DNA of 53,207 nt. Source: Thermoproteota archaeon (GTDB lineage Archaea; Korarchaeota; Korarchaeia; Korarchaeales; Korarchaeaceae). A model generated the notes under the pieces. That model was not told where the DNA came from and did no database searches. It saw only the letters and a list, made by a program, of their open reading frames with translations. The first letter of the stretch is position 1. Every line of letters begins with the position of its first letter. The position numbers were made by a program, and so were the translations under genes. The stretch spans positions 1 through 53,207 of the forward strand of contig JAOZGP010000036.1 of NCBI GenBank assembly GCA_027491735.1, in the 5' to 3' direction. Below are positions 1 through 8,902 of this stretch, piece by piece.

Positions 1-105
1 AAGCACTAACCCCGCCAGACACCGCGTCGACTCCACAACAAGGACGACCTGCTCAATCCTTGAGAGTTGGAGGCAGAGCTGCCTGAACGGAAGATCTTCA
101 CCCAC
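1..105 (-). CDS. 5' part of a gene running off the window (MGEDLPFRQLCLQLSRIEQV...), function unknown
   Basis: GGAGGT Shine-Dalgarno before GTG at 105; frame open to window edge; same strand as top6A. Confidence 0.35.
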   Translation of the reverse strand, partial: MGEDLPFRQLCLQLSRIEQVVLVVESTRCLAGLVL

Positions 106-119
106 AAACCTCCTGAAAC

Positions 120-1244
120 TCACGACGAATGGATCCCTATCCCTAAATGCTCGTCTAGTTTAATTCTCAAGTATTCAACATAAAGCTCTCTGAGCTCCTT
201 GGCTGAGGGGCTCATGGCCTTAAATATCTCCAACTCTGCCTTGAGTTTATTCTTCAGGAACCATTCATTCTCTCTCTGCCATATCTCTCCCTGCAGATTC
301 GGTAGAAACCTGTTGTCCTCAGCGGCCTTATAATCCATTGGAGTGAGAGGTTCTAGAGCGAATCTGTAATCCTTGAAGAACCCTACATCCACATCCTCGG
401 TCATTATCCCTATAAATTTGGCATCAGGAACCGCTAAACCGTCTATGTGCGCGGAGTTTATGCTGTTATAAATTACTGTGGCTGCTATCCTGAGAGACCA
501 TGGAGAGAGGTCCGTGAGAATAGCTATAGGCACTCCTTCATCAGAGAGCATCCTCAGAAACCTCCTCATGCTCCTGGATGCCTGCCCCTGTAATATGGCT
601 ATTCCTATCCTCTCGTCCTCCGGTATGTTGAGCTCTATCATGTTCTTTGCGGGCCCAACCTTCTCCACAGCTATCACGGCCTTAACACCGATCCTTTTGA
701 ACTCTATGTTCTCCGGCCTCGGTGGAACGGAATATCCCATTTCACCGACCTGATCTGCTCTAATTCTCCTCCCTGATCTGTCCACGAGTTCTATGTCTCC
801 ATAAATCCATCCTCTAGGGTCACTAGTTATGGAAAAAGCTTCCCTAGGCATGCTAAGTATGAGCTCCATTAGGACTATTCGAGCATCAGTCTCTCTCTGT
901 TCCCTCGGGAAGAGAGTTCCTTTGAACTTCTCTATCTTATGCATGTAGTAGAAATCCCTTTTTGTCATGGTGAGTCCATTTTCGAGGTGGTCCAGCGAGC
1001 GGCTGAATCCATAGAGAACACCGGCCAGGGTTCTAAGGCTCTTAACTCTGTCACCGATGATCTTGCTGAAGTTTTGAGGATTGAATATATAGCCCCTCTC
1101 CTCCAGAAACCTTATGTTTGTCTTGCTATTGGGAGGATAGAGAATCTTGGGAAAGTCCCCCTTCTCTATGTCCTCCCCAACCTTCTTGGCCAGTTCAACT
1201 ATCCTTTTCTTCACTTCCTCCTTCATCAACATCGACATCACCAC
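120..1244 (-). CDS. top6A: DNA topoisomerase VI subunit A
   Basis: Spo11-like TKRDFYY motif, Toprim VEK and DLSP motifs, follows top6B; true start may be a few codons later. Confidence 0.93.
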   Translation of the reverse strand: MVMSMLMKEEVKKRIVELAKKVGEDIEKGDFPKILYPPNSKTNIRFLEERGYIFNPQNFSKIIGDRVKSLRTLAGVLYGFSRSLDHLENGLTMTKRDFYYMHKIEKFKGTLFPREQRETDARIVLMELILSMPREAFSITSDPRGWIYGDIELVDRSGRRIRADQVGEMGYSVPPRPENIEFKRIGVKAVIAVEKVGPAKNMIELNIPEDERIGIAILQGQASRSMRRFLRMLSDEGVPIAILTDLSPWSLRIAATVIYNSINSAHIDGLAVPDAKFIGIMTEDVDVGFFKDYRFALEPLTPMDYKAAEDNRFLPNLQGEIWQRENEWFLKNKLKAELEIFKAMSPSAKELRELYVEYLRIKLDEHLGIGIHSS

Positions 1245-2763
1245 TCATCACGTCCTTAAAAGCTCTTTCCAAAAGTATCTCCACAGAAGGGCGACTTCCA
1301 GTCAGCTCAGCTATGTTCTCTGCTATGATTTCGTAGAATTTCCTGAATAGAAAAGCTTTTTTGGCTATAAGGGCTCTTCTCCTCACCTTTGACAGATAAA
1401 GCTTCAGCTCTCTAGCACAGGCCCTGAATCCCGCCTCTACCTCATGAGCGACCTCTGGCACGTTTGCTATGAATTCCTTTCCGACGGTCTTAAACGGGAT
1501 CTTTGTGGAAGCTATGTGGAAGAACAGAGCGATAGGTTCCTCTTCCAAGGATTTTATTCCATACAGAGACCAGTTTATGTTCTTGACGACGTGATAAGAC
1601 ACATCACTTGCAGCATCATACAGGAGGGGTATCCTGTTTGCGAATCGATATAATTGAATTTCTCCTGTAGGTCTTATCCTCCCTCCATAAGCTATGGCCG
1701 TCTCAACTATGAAGGGATGTCCACCGTACACGGAAGGGGGTCGTTGGACAGCCCTGACGAAATCAGGTTGAAGCTCCTTTTTTATACCTTCCTCAAAGAG
1801 TCGCTCGCTTAGAGGAGATAGTACAGTGTAATCAGGAGCTATGAACCTGTCGTACGATCGGATGGCATAATATAGTGCCCTTATCTCCTCATCACCTAGC
1901 TTTCTCGGGTTGAGATTCTCCGGCAGCCTAGCTAACTTCAAGACCTCAGCAGCAGTCTTATCACCGACTCTCTGAAAGTTCGTCTTCAAAAATCCTTTCA
2001 GAGTATTTGCTCTGCTTCTTTGGAGTAATCTATGCAATAATTCGAGGTCAACTCCCTTTGGGTGGTAGAGTGCTTCCTTAGGCCTCGGGGGCATTTCATC
2101 AGTGGACCTAGGGAAGAAGTACAGGACGCCATCCGGATCCAGAAATATTATGTCGGCATACGGTGTTACTATAGCCGTCTGCCTGAGGTAGTCAACTATT
2201 TTCCTCCGGGCTTTTCCGTAGTCTCCCTCGAAGTAGCTTTCAACTACAGTAAATGGATTGTTCGCAGTTCCGAGGTTCTTCTTCTCTAAAACCACCGGCT
2301 CGTTCTTCTTTATATCTATCTTCATCATTACTTCAGTTATTGTAGATCTAGCTCGAGCGGATATCACTCTAAATGGTCTGTGAGTGGTTATTTGTCCGTA
2401 AAGAAGGGCCATTGTCCCCCCTAAACCGAAGGTCCCCCTGCTCTGTATTAGCCTGTACTTGGAACTGACAAATACTCTACCGAAGGCCTTCGGGATCTCC
2501 TCTGACCCTAGACCGACTCCGTTGTCTCTAACAATTATTCGATAGAGATTCCCTCCCGTCTTTCGGTCTCTGAGAAAGCTCAAAGATATCATTATCTTTG
2601 GGGGGACGTTCCTCTCTTCAGCAGCGTCCAGAGAGTTCTCCACCAACTCCCTTATAACCGTGTAGGTAGCCCTCACGGGATTGTCGAAACCAGCGAGAGA
2701 TCTGTTCCTGTAAAAGAAGTCCGCAGCACTTATCTCACTCAGCTTCGGTTCCAAAACGGACAT
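1195..2763 (-). CDS. top6B: DNA topoisomerase VI subunit B
   Basis: GHKL motifs ELVENSLDA, DNGVG, QSRGTFGLG; RFANRIPLLY; STKIPFKT. Confidence 0.97.
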   Translation of the reverse strand: MSVLEPKLSEISAADFFYRNRSLAGFDNPVRATYTVIRELVENSLDAAEERNVPPKIMISLSFLRDRKTGGNLYRIIVRDNGVGLGSEEIPKAFGRVFVSSKYRLIQSRGTFGLGGTMALLYGQITTHRPFRVISARARSTITEVMMKIDIKKNEPVVLEKKNLGTANNPFTVVESYFEGDYGKARRKIVDYLRQTAIVTPYADIIFLDPDGVLYFFPRSTDEMPPRPKEALYHPKGVDLELLHRLLQRSRANTLKGFLKTNFQRVGDKTAAEVLKLARLPENLNPRKLGDEEIRALYYAIRSYDRFIAPDYTVLSPLSERLFEEGIKKELQPDFVRAVQRPPSVYGGHPFIVETAIAYGGRIRPTGEIQLYRFANRIPLLYDAASDVSYHVVKNINWSLYGIKSLEEEPIALFFHIASTKIPFKTVGKEFIANVPEVAHEVEAGFRACARELKLYLSKVRRRALIAKKAFLFRKFYEIIAENIAELTGSRPSVEILLERAFKDVMSGDVDVDEGGSEEKDS

Positions 2764-2787
2764 CCTCCCACCTTCTCATCTGAGTAG

Positions 2788-3393
2788 TCAGTTAAATCTC
2801 TCCTCTCTAATCTCTTTATCTCGGCTTTCAGTCATTTTTTCCATGACTTCTATGGATTTCATCACTGAGAGCGCCTTTTCCATCTTTTTATATGCTGCTG
2901 AGTGACGAGCGCCTGTTATCAACGCCTCCACTGCTTCCTTAGCTGGAAGGACTCCATAGTGCTTTCCTATTATCGATACTGTATGTCCGTAGACCGAGAT
3001 GTTAGTACCTGTTCTCTCCTCTATATATCTCTTCGCCTTTCCTCTTTCTCCTATAACTCGTCCCCGTACTCTGATGAGCTGGTTCTTCCTACCTCCAACG
3101 TACTTTCTTAGATCCAAAACTTCCAAGACGTACTCATCATCAAAGAGCTTCTTAGCTATTTCAGGATTAAACCCCCTTCCTATGGCCCTGACCACTTGAA
3201 GCAGTTTCTGAGGCATGAGCGGGTCTCTTGGTTCATCATTAAATCTTACAGTAACCTCTCCTGTACCGCTGTCGATCTCTATCTTGGCTCCAGAGATTTC
3301 CTCAAGTTCTCGCCTGGTTCTGCCCCCCTTTCCTATCAGTGCACCTACTCTATCCTTGGGTATCTTCACCGTCAGCTCTCTCAACGTGATCAC
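2788..3393 (-). CDS. KH-domain small-subunit processing protein (Dim2/Pno1 family)
   Basis: IPKDRVGALIGKGG and RGRVIGERG KH motifs; conserved position after rio1. Confidence 0.9.
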   Translation of the reverse strand: MITLRELTVKIPKDRVGALIGKGGRTRRELEEISGAKIEIDSGTGEVTVRFNDEPRDPLMPQKLLQVVRAIGRGFNPEIAKKLFDDEYVLEVLDLRKYVGGRKNQLIRVRGRVIGERGKAKRYIEERTGTNISVYGHTVSIIGKHYGVLPAKEAVEALITGARHSAAYKKMEKALSVMKSIEVMEKMTESRDKEIREERFN

Positions 3394-4162
3394 CTTCTAA
3401 TATTCCATTAAGAACGAGATCTGGATCCAGACCGATGCCCCACCTCTTCCTGAAGAACCTGATTATAGTCGTGATGTCCCTCCTTAAATACTCTAGTGCT
3501 CTCGGATGAGCTGTCGTAACCGCCTGTGATACATCTATGATCCACGGCTTTGACCTCCAAAGGAGCACGTTGTACTCGCTGAGGTCTGAATGAACAAGCT
3601 CCGCTGACCTGTACCCTCGAGTGACATTGTCCAATATATCACGCAGGATGATCTCGGGGTCTATCCCCGGATCTCTCACTTCCTTAAGCTTGGGCGCAGG
3701 AAATCCCTCGTCCCCCACAAATTCCATGACCAGTATGTTTCCCGACCTGGCGTAGGGCTCAGGGACCCTTACTCCTGATTTTTTAAATCTCTGTAAATTT
3801 CTGAACTCCTTCTCAACCCAGAGATCCAAAAGCTTGCTCCTGCTCCTGAACCCGAACCTGAAATCTCCTGATATGTAGTCCAGATGTTTTCTAAAACTTG
3901 ACACAGATTTGTATATTTTTATAGCTACAGGTCCTCTATCTCCAACTCCGGAAAGGATCACGGCCTCCTTTCCCATGGACACAATCCACGTGAAGTCCTT
4001 TAGGATCCCTCTGTTAAACAGCTTGAGGAGGTTCCGAACAGTCCTGAAGTCGAAAACATATTGTTTTATTTTAAAAAAATCCCTGTCTTTAAATCGCTTT
4101 TTTTCCTTATCCATCAGAGAGTCCACGATCTCCTCCAGATCTTCCTTTCCCATCGTCCTCAT
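3350..4162 (-). CDS. rio1: RIO1 family serine kinase
   Basis: SMGKEA, VAIKIY, LVHSDLSEYNVL, IIDVSQAV; start chosen at ATG 4162 overlapping the eif1a stop. Confidence 0.92.
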   Translation of the reverse strand: MRTMGKEDLEEIVDSLMDKEKKRFKDRDFFKIKQYVFDFRTVRNLLKLFNRGILKDFTWIVSMGKEAVILSGVGDRGPVAIKIYKSVSSFRKHLDYISGDFRFGFRSRSKLLDLWVEKEFRNLQRFKKSGVRVPEPYARSGNILVMEFVGDEGFPAPKLKEVRDPGIDPEIILRDILDNVTRGYRSAELVHSDLSEYNVLLWRSKPWIIDVSQAVTTAHPRALEYLRRDITTIIRFFRKRWGIGLDPDLVLNGILEGDHVERADGEDTQG

Positions 4163-4509
4163 CCTAGATCCTCCATAGTCGCCCAGGATTTGTCTAGATA
4201 TCCTCTCTCGATGAGCCACTGAACTTGAGCTCTGTTATACTTAACAACGATATCTCCCCTATCCCTCTTGAATGGCCAAATCGAAACCAGGACGATATCT
4301 CCATTCTTAAGCCAAGATCTTCTTCCTCTGAGCTTGCCTCTCACTCTACAAACCCTTATCACTCCGTCGGAACACTCAACCCTGAAATGTCCCTTGCCTA
4401 AAGGCTCCAAAATTCTACCGAAAACCTCCAAATCCTCTTCTACTGGAAGAAGATCGTTCATTTCTTCGTCGAGAGATGACTCAGGGGCTTTTTTCTTTCC
4501 CTTTGGCAA
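4159..4509 (-). CDS. eif1a: Translation initiation factor aIF-1A
   Basis: LGKGHFRVECSDG..RGKL..W..GDIVLV..W motif. Confidence 0.93.
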   Translation of the reverse strand: MPKGKKKAPESSLDEEMNDLLPVEEDLEVFGRILEPLGKGHFRVECSDGVIRVCRVRGKLRGRRSWLKNGDIVLVSIWPFKRDRGDIVVKYNRAQVQWLIERGYLDKSWATMEDLG

Positions 4510-4522
4510 GATACGACCTCCC

Positions 4523-4948
4523 TTAGATCTTCTTTATGGGGGACTCAGCCCCGCAGGCCAGACACTTCAGGACCCAAATGCGGCCCCTCTTCTCTATCTT
4601 GGTATCTGGCCTTTTACAGATCGGACATATGACATATAAATTTATGAATTTCTCTATCCTCGACCTCACAAGGGACGGCTTGACGAGCGTTGTAAATATG
4701 AGCTTTGAACCATCTGAAGTGAGAGTATATGGGCTTCCAACCTCCTTGGACAGAAATCTAGCTAAATCCTTTGGATCTCTATTTAAAATGGAAACAAGCT
4801 CCTTGAAGCTGACTATATGCGTCTGTCTCCCCTCCACCCTTATGATAGGCTCCGGTGGATGAAATCTCTCACCTGAAAGCCTGACAACATCCTTTAGCTG
4901 CTTATATGCGTTATCTAGCATAGCTAAATATTCTTCCTTGGTGCTCAA
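4523..4948 (-). CDS. eif2b: Translation initiation factor aIF-2 beta subunit
   Basis: YxAMLDNAY N-terminus, ERF motif, C-terminal CPICKRPDT...CLACGA zinc ribbon. Confidence 0.93.
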   Translation of the reverse strand: MSTKEEYLAMLDNAYKQLKDVVRLSGERFHPPEPIIRVEGRQTHIVSFKELVSILNRDPKDLARFLSKEVGSPYTLTSDGSKLIFTTLVKPSLVRSRIEKFINLYVICPICKRPDTKIEKRGRIWVLKCLACGAESPIKKI

Positions 4949-4985
4949 GGCGTTATCCTCCCTAAAAGGGAGGATAACTCCAAGG

Positions 4986-5477
4986 TTAATAAGTTTTATT
5001 TTTGTTCAACCTCTTCCCTTCCGAATTCCTTCCCTGGCCTATCATCATGGGAATTCTGCGGAGATCCAGAATTAGGAGCTCTAGAGATCTCAAAATTATT
5101 ACGTTTGGGTCCTTTATCCTTACGACAGTTATCGGCTGCAGATAAATCTCCTCTCTCCAAGAACGTGGCCTTCCTATGACGTCCAAGATTGCTCCTATAT
5201 GATAAACATCACCAGACTCCTTGTCCAGCAGCAGAGGTACTCCCTCACCAAAAGCACGGACGTCCACAGTTCCGGTACCATCAAATAAGCTAACTCTAGC
5301 AAAGTTCCTGTCCTGTGAGAGATAAGAGGAGACAACCACCCCCATGATTCGTAATCTCGTCGTGCTACACCATGGGAGTCTGAAGAACCTCATGTGGTCC
5401 AGCTCCAACGACTCGAAGTCTCCCTTCAGTATGTCGGATATTCGCACTATCTCTGCTGGGATGTACCTCAACGACAC
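4986..5477 (-). CDS. OB-fold nucleic-acid binding protein (RPA32-like)
   Basis: RLRIMGVVV..LFDGTGTVDVRAF..LDVIGRPR OB-fold pattern. Confidence 0.7.
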   Translation of the reverse strand: MSLRYIPAEIVRISDILKGDFESLELDHMRFFRLPWCSTTRLRIMGVVVSSYLSQDRNFARVSLFDGTGTVDVRAFGEGVPLLLDKESGDVYHIGAILDVIGRPRSWREEIYLQPITVVRIKDPNVIILRSLELLILDLRRIPMMIGQGRNSEGKRLNKNKTY

Positions 5478-5526
5478 GAGGACCTATGAGAGGAATCTTT
5501 ATTAATACTCTTTCCCTCACTGGAGG

Positions 5527-5633
5527 GGGCCCGTGGCTCAGCCTGGATAGAGCGCCCGCCTTATATGGCGCCTCCCGTTACATAAAGCCAGAGGAAAAGC
5601 GGGAGGTCCGGGGTTCGAAGCCCCGCGGGCCCA
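5527..5633 (+). tRNA. tRNA-Ile(UAU) with 32-nt intron in the anticodon loop (~5566-5597)
   Basis: Cloverleaf GGGCCCG/CGGGCCC, anticodon arm CCCGC-CT-TAT-AA-GCGGG after intron removal; AT-rich TATA-like box at ~5498-5507. Confidence 0.92.
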
Positions 5634-5656
5634 CTCTTCTTTAAGGGGGAAGCCCT

Positions 5657-6694
5657 GTGAGACTGTGGATAGATGTAGTCAACTCACCACATGTTCGTCT
5701 CTTCAGGAGGCTTATCAGGAAACATAGAAGCGAAATAAGCTATCTATTCGTGACCTACAGAAGCTACGAGTCTCTTGAAAAGCTATCCAGAGATATGCTC
5801 TCGAGCATTACAGATGACTTGATCCCGGTCGGAGTCAGGGAGATCAATAAGAAAAAGAAGCTAGAGAGCTTTCTGGCTAGGGTAAAAGGACTGATAAGGA
5901 TCGCTTCCGGGAGGCATATCGATGTAGCTCTATCCAAAGCATCTCCCGATCTTGCTAGAACGGCATTTGGTCTAGGAACTCCAGTAGTAACAGTAAACGA
6001 TAATGAGCACAGTGTTCCGGTCATAAAGCTTACATTCCCCCTATCAAAGGCTGTTGTGGTTCCTAAGGTTTTCCCGGAGAACATAAAGGAGAGATTTTGT
6101 ACCGGAGCTGTGAAAGAGTTTCGATTTGACGGCCTGTGCGAGGTAGCTCACATAATGGACTTTCTGGAGGACTTTAAGGGAGTTCCCCATCCAGACGAGG
6201 ACTATCTGGTGGCTCGATCAGAACCCATCGGGGCATCCTATATGGGCAGGACAAGAGCGAGTAGGTTCGTCTATTTTCTGGAGGAGATAGTGGCTAAGAC
6301 AGGACTCAGGTTGTACTACTTTCCAAGACAGAACGATCCTTGGATTGCTCTCCTACGCAAGAAGTTCAAGGACCTCCGGATCCCAAGTGGTTCTGATGCT
6401 CTTCCCTTGCTTGCTGGTGCAAGAGCTTTCATCGGTGGTGGAGGGACAATGACTCGAGAGGCAGCGCTTTTGGGTACTCCAGCGATACATCTATACCCTG
6501 GTGACCGGTTAGCCGTTGATAAACTGCTGGAGGGTCAGGGGCTTGTAGTAGACCCTAAGAACGTAGATGAGGCGATGAAGTTTATGGAGATGAGAAACGA
6601 ACTGAGATCTAGAGCTAGAGAATTCTTATCTCGATGTCAAGATCCCACAGAGGTCATTTGGAGGGCTGTTGCCTGGACAGTAGAATCCTCCTGA
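5657..6694 (+). CDS. DUF354 family GT-B-fold protein
   Basis: WIDVVNSPHV N-terminus, DNEH, GGGGTMTREAALLGTP motif. Confidence 0.85.
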   Translation: MRLWIDVVNSPHVRLFRRLIRKHRSEISYLFVTYRSYESLEKLSRDMLSSITDDLIPVGVREINKKKKLESFLARVKGLIRIASGRHIDVALSKASPDLARTAFGLGTPVVTVNDNEHSVPVIKLTFPLSKAVVVPKVFPENIKERFCTGAVKEFRFDGLCEVAHIMDFLEDFKGVPHPDEDYLVARSEPIGASYMGRTRASRFVYFLEEIVAKTGLRLYYFPRQNDPWIALLRKKFKDLRIPSGSDALPLLAGARAFIGGGGTMTREAALLGTPAIHLYPGDRLAVDKLLEGQGLVVDPKNVDEAMKFMEMRNELRSRAREFLSRCQDPTEVIWRAVAWTVESS

Positions 6695-6911
6695 ACGCTG
6701 CTCTTGTTACGTAATACCATGCGACCAGCGAAAAGCCAAAGGCTATGAGGGATACAGCCACTCGGAGAGCTGCATACACCATCTCCAGGAGACCTCTTCC
6801 GTGAAAGCTTGTGTAGGGAAGGATCATGATCTTTATCAGGATCAAAGCCAGTAGAACAAGTCCCCATCCAGAAAAGACAAGGAAGATCCCTAGAGCGAGT
6901 CCTCTGTCCAT
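6654..6911 (-). CDS. Small membrane protein (2 predicted TM helices)
   Basis: Two hydrophobic stretches; follows 6931..7917 on the same strand. Confidence 0.55.
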   Translation of the reverse strand: MDRGLALGIFLVFSGWGLVLLALILIKIMILPYTSFHGRGLLEMVYAALRVAVSLIAFGFSLVAWYYVTRAAFRRILLSRQQPSK

Positions 6912-6930
6912 ATGGACCGTCCACCCTTAC

Positions 6931-7917
6931 CTAGAGAAACGTGAGAAGTAGGGAGGCTATGCTCAGGATCCCTGAGATCAGGGTCAGCATCAGGAACTCC
7001 CTCACGATCTCGTACTCTCTTTTCGGCCTGTCAGATGTCAGGATAGCTATTATAGTCATAGGTGCCTCTTCATCAGGATTAGCTCTTATAAGATCCCCCT
7101 CCAACAGGGTAGGTCGTTTCTTCATCTCCCTCCTCTCTCTGAACCCTCCAGCGCTGTATATTATCATAAATCCTGTGATGAAGAACGGTAGCATTGAGAT
7201 CACCAGAAACATCTCCAAATTCGATGCTGCAGCAATGCCAGCTAAGAAGGCTCCCACGAACATCGAACCAACGTTACCGCCGAAAACCTTGGCTGGATAC
7301 TTGTTGTACCAATAATAGGGGAGAATAGAAGCAATAAACGCGGCCAAGACGGGGATCAGATGGTACTTCTTCGTCAAGATCAACCCAGGGACTAAACTGA
7401 GCGTCACAATAATGACGCTGGAAGGCATCATTCCGTTGAGGGCATCCGCCATGTTGGTGGCATTCATTATGACAGTGAAGAAGATCAGAATTAATGGCCA
7501 ATAGACGTAGTACATACGGGCGTGACCTACGAGTGGAAGGAGGGGACGAGGACTTAGACATCCCGAGATAATCAAGGGAAGCGCTGCCATAGGGGATATA
7601 AGTGGCTTCATTTTGCCTCCCAAATCCAAAACATCGTCGAGCAGACCTACTAATCCGCCCAGAGATGCGGTGGACATTAACGCTGAGAAGAGAATCGAAC
7701 TTTGAGGAAAAAGCACTACTAAGACACAGATAGATGATGTGAAAGCCATGAGGGGTCCTATCCCAACGCGTTCCGGAATCTCAGGTTTATCCTGTTTATG
7801 TACATCGATTCCAGTTATCCCAAGTTTTAAAAAGCGGTTTTTCAGTGTTCTAACGAGCAGAAAGGAGGTGATAAAAGCTAGAACTGTGGAAAACGCCGAT
7901 GCTACGAATAGAACCAC
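6931..7917 (-). CDS. Polyprenyl-phosphate N-acetylhexosamine-1-P transferase (MraY/WecA/AglH family), copy 1
   Basis: GIDVHK, GLLDD, NATNMADALNG, YPAKVFGGNVGS; multiple TM segments. Confidence 0.88.
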   Translation of the reverse strand: MVLFVASAFSTVLAFITSFLLVRTLKNRFLKLGITGIDVHKQDKPEIPERVGIGPLMAFTSSICVLVVLFPQSSILFSALMSTASLGGLVGLLDDVLDLGGKMKPLISPMAALPLIISGCLSPRPLLPLVGHARMYYVYWPLILIFFTVIMNATNMADALNGMMPSSVIIVTLSLVPGLILTKKYHLIPVLAAFIASILPYYWYNKYPAKVFGGNVGSMFVGAFLAGIAAASNLEMFLVISMLPFFITGFMIIYSAGGFRERREMKKRPTLLEGDLIRANPDEEAPMTIIAILTSDRPKREYEIVREFLMLTLISGILSIASLLLTFL

Positions 7918-7957
7918 ATGAGTTCACCTTTTTAATATCACACTTGATCTGATAGAG

Positions 7958-8902
7958 ATGCCTCTGCTGATCATTATAACGATAATGGCTGCAGCGCCAG
8001 TGATTGCTCTAGCATTTGACGCTTTTTGGGTAAGGTTCTCCTATAAGAAGGATTCTCTTATGTCTCTTGATGTTCACAAGCCTGGTAATGTGCTCGCAGC
8101 TAGAACGGGTGGGCTTCCAAACTCCTTCACTCTCACAGCGTTGACTGTATCGCTGTATTCAATCTCCGGAAATCCCGACATCTGGTTTGTGGGGGTGACC
8201 TCACTAGTAGTTTCATTAATAGGGGTAATAGATGACTTCACATATCTGGGGAACTTGGAGAAAATACTGCTCGTGGGCTTTCCCTTTCTCATGCTGAGTG
8301 TAAGAGCCCATCCCGTCGATGCTCTCTTCCTCATGGTACCGACGGATTTATTCCCAATAGTTGCCTTTCTCCTTGGTACGTTCGCTGGAAACGCTACAAA
8401 CATCCTGGCTGGTTTCAATGGACTAGAAGTCGGGCTCTTCATCATAGCCTCATCCTCCCTGCTGCTCATCTCTGCCTTGATTGGGAACATCACGGCCTCC
8501 CTGCTGCTGCTCTTAGGGTTGCTTTGCTATGCTCCCTTGTTGATCTTCAATTGGTACCCCGCTAAAGCATTCCCGGGAAACGTATCTACCCTTCAGATGG
8601 GTGCTTTTCTAGCTTCTGTAGCCCTAATCTCACATGAGGAACTTTATCTCACCGTGATAATGTTTCCCTATCTGGCGGATTTTCTTCTGAAAGTCATAAG
8701 CTGGGGAAAAACCTCTCAAAAGGTGCCATCTAAGGTAGGAAGTGAGGGTCTATTGAATCCTCCTCCGAATCTATCCCTTCCTGCGTTAATCCTTCGCCTG
8801 AGAAGGATGAGTGAAAAGAGGCTAGTGATCTCGTTGTACTTCTTGGAGATCTTATTTTCGTTTTTAGCGGTCACTCTTTTCTTTGTACATCCTCCAACTT
8901 AA
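7958..8902 (+). CDS. Polyprenyl-phosphate N-acetylhexosamine-1-P transferase (AglH/DPAGT1-like), copy 2
   Basis: DVHKP, GVIDD, NATNILAGFNGLE, WYPAKAFPGN; multiple TM segments. Confidence 0.88.
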   Translation: MPLLIIITIMAAAPVIALAFDAFWVRFSYKKDSLMSLDVHKPGNVLAARTGGLPNSFTLTALTVSLYSISGNPDIWFVGVTSLVVSLIGVIDDFTYLGNLEKILLVGFPFLMLSVRAHPVDALFLMVPTDLFPIVAFLLGTFAGNATNILAGFNGLEVGLFIIASSSLLLISALIGNITASLLLLLGLLCYAPLLIFNWYPAKAFPGNVSTLQMGAFLASVALISHEELYLTVIMFPYLADFLLKVISWGKTSQKVPSKVGSEGLLNPPPNLSLPALILRLRRMSEKRLVISLYFLEILFSFLAVTLFFVHPPT

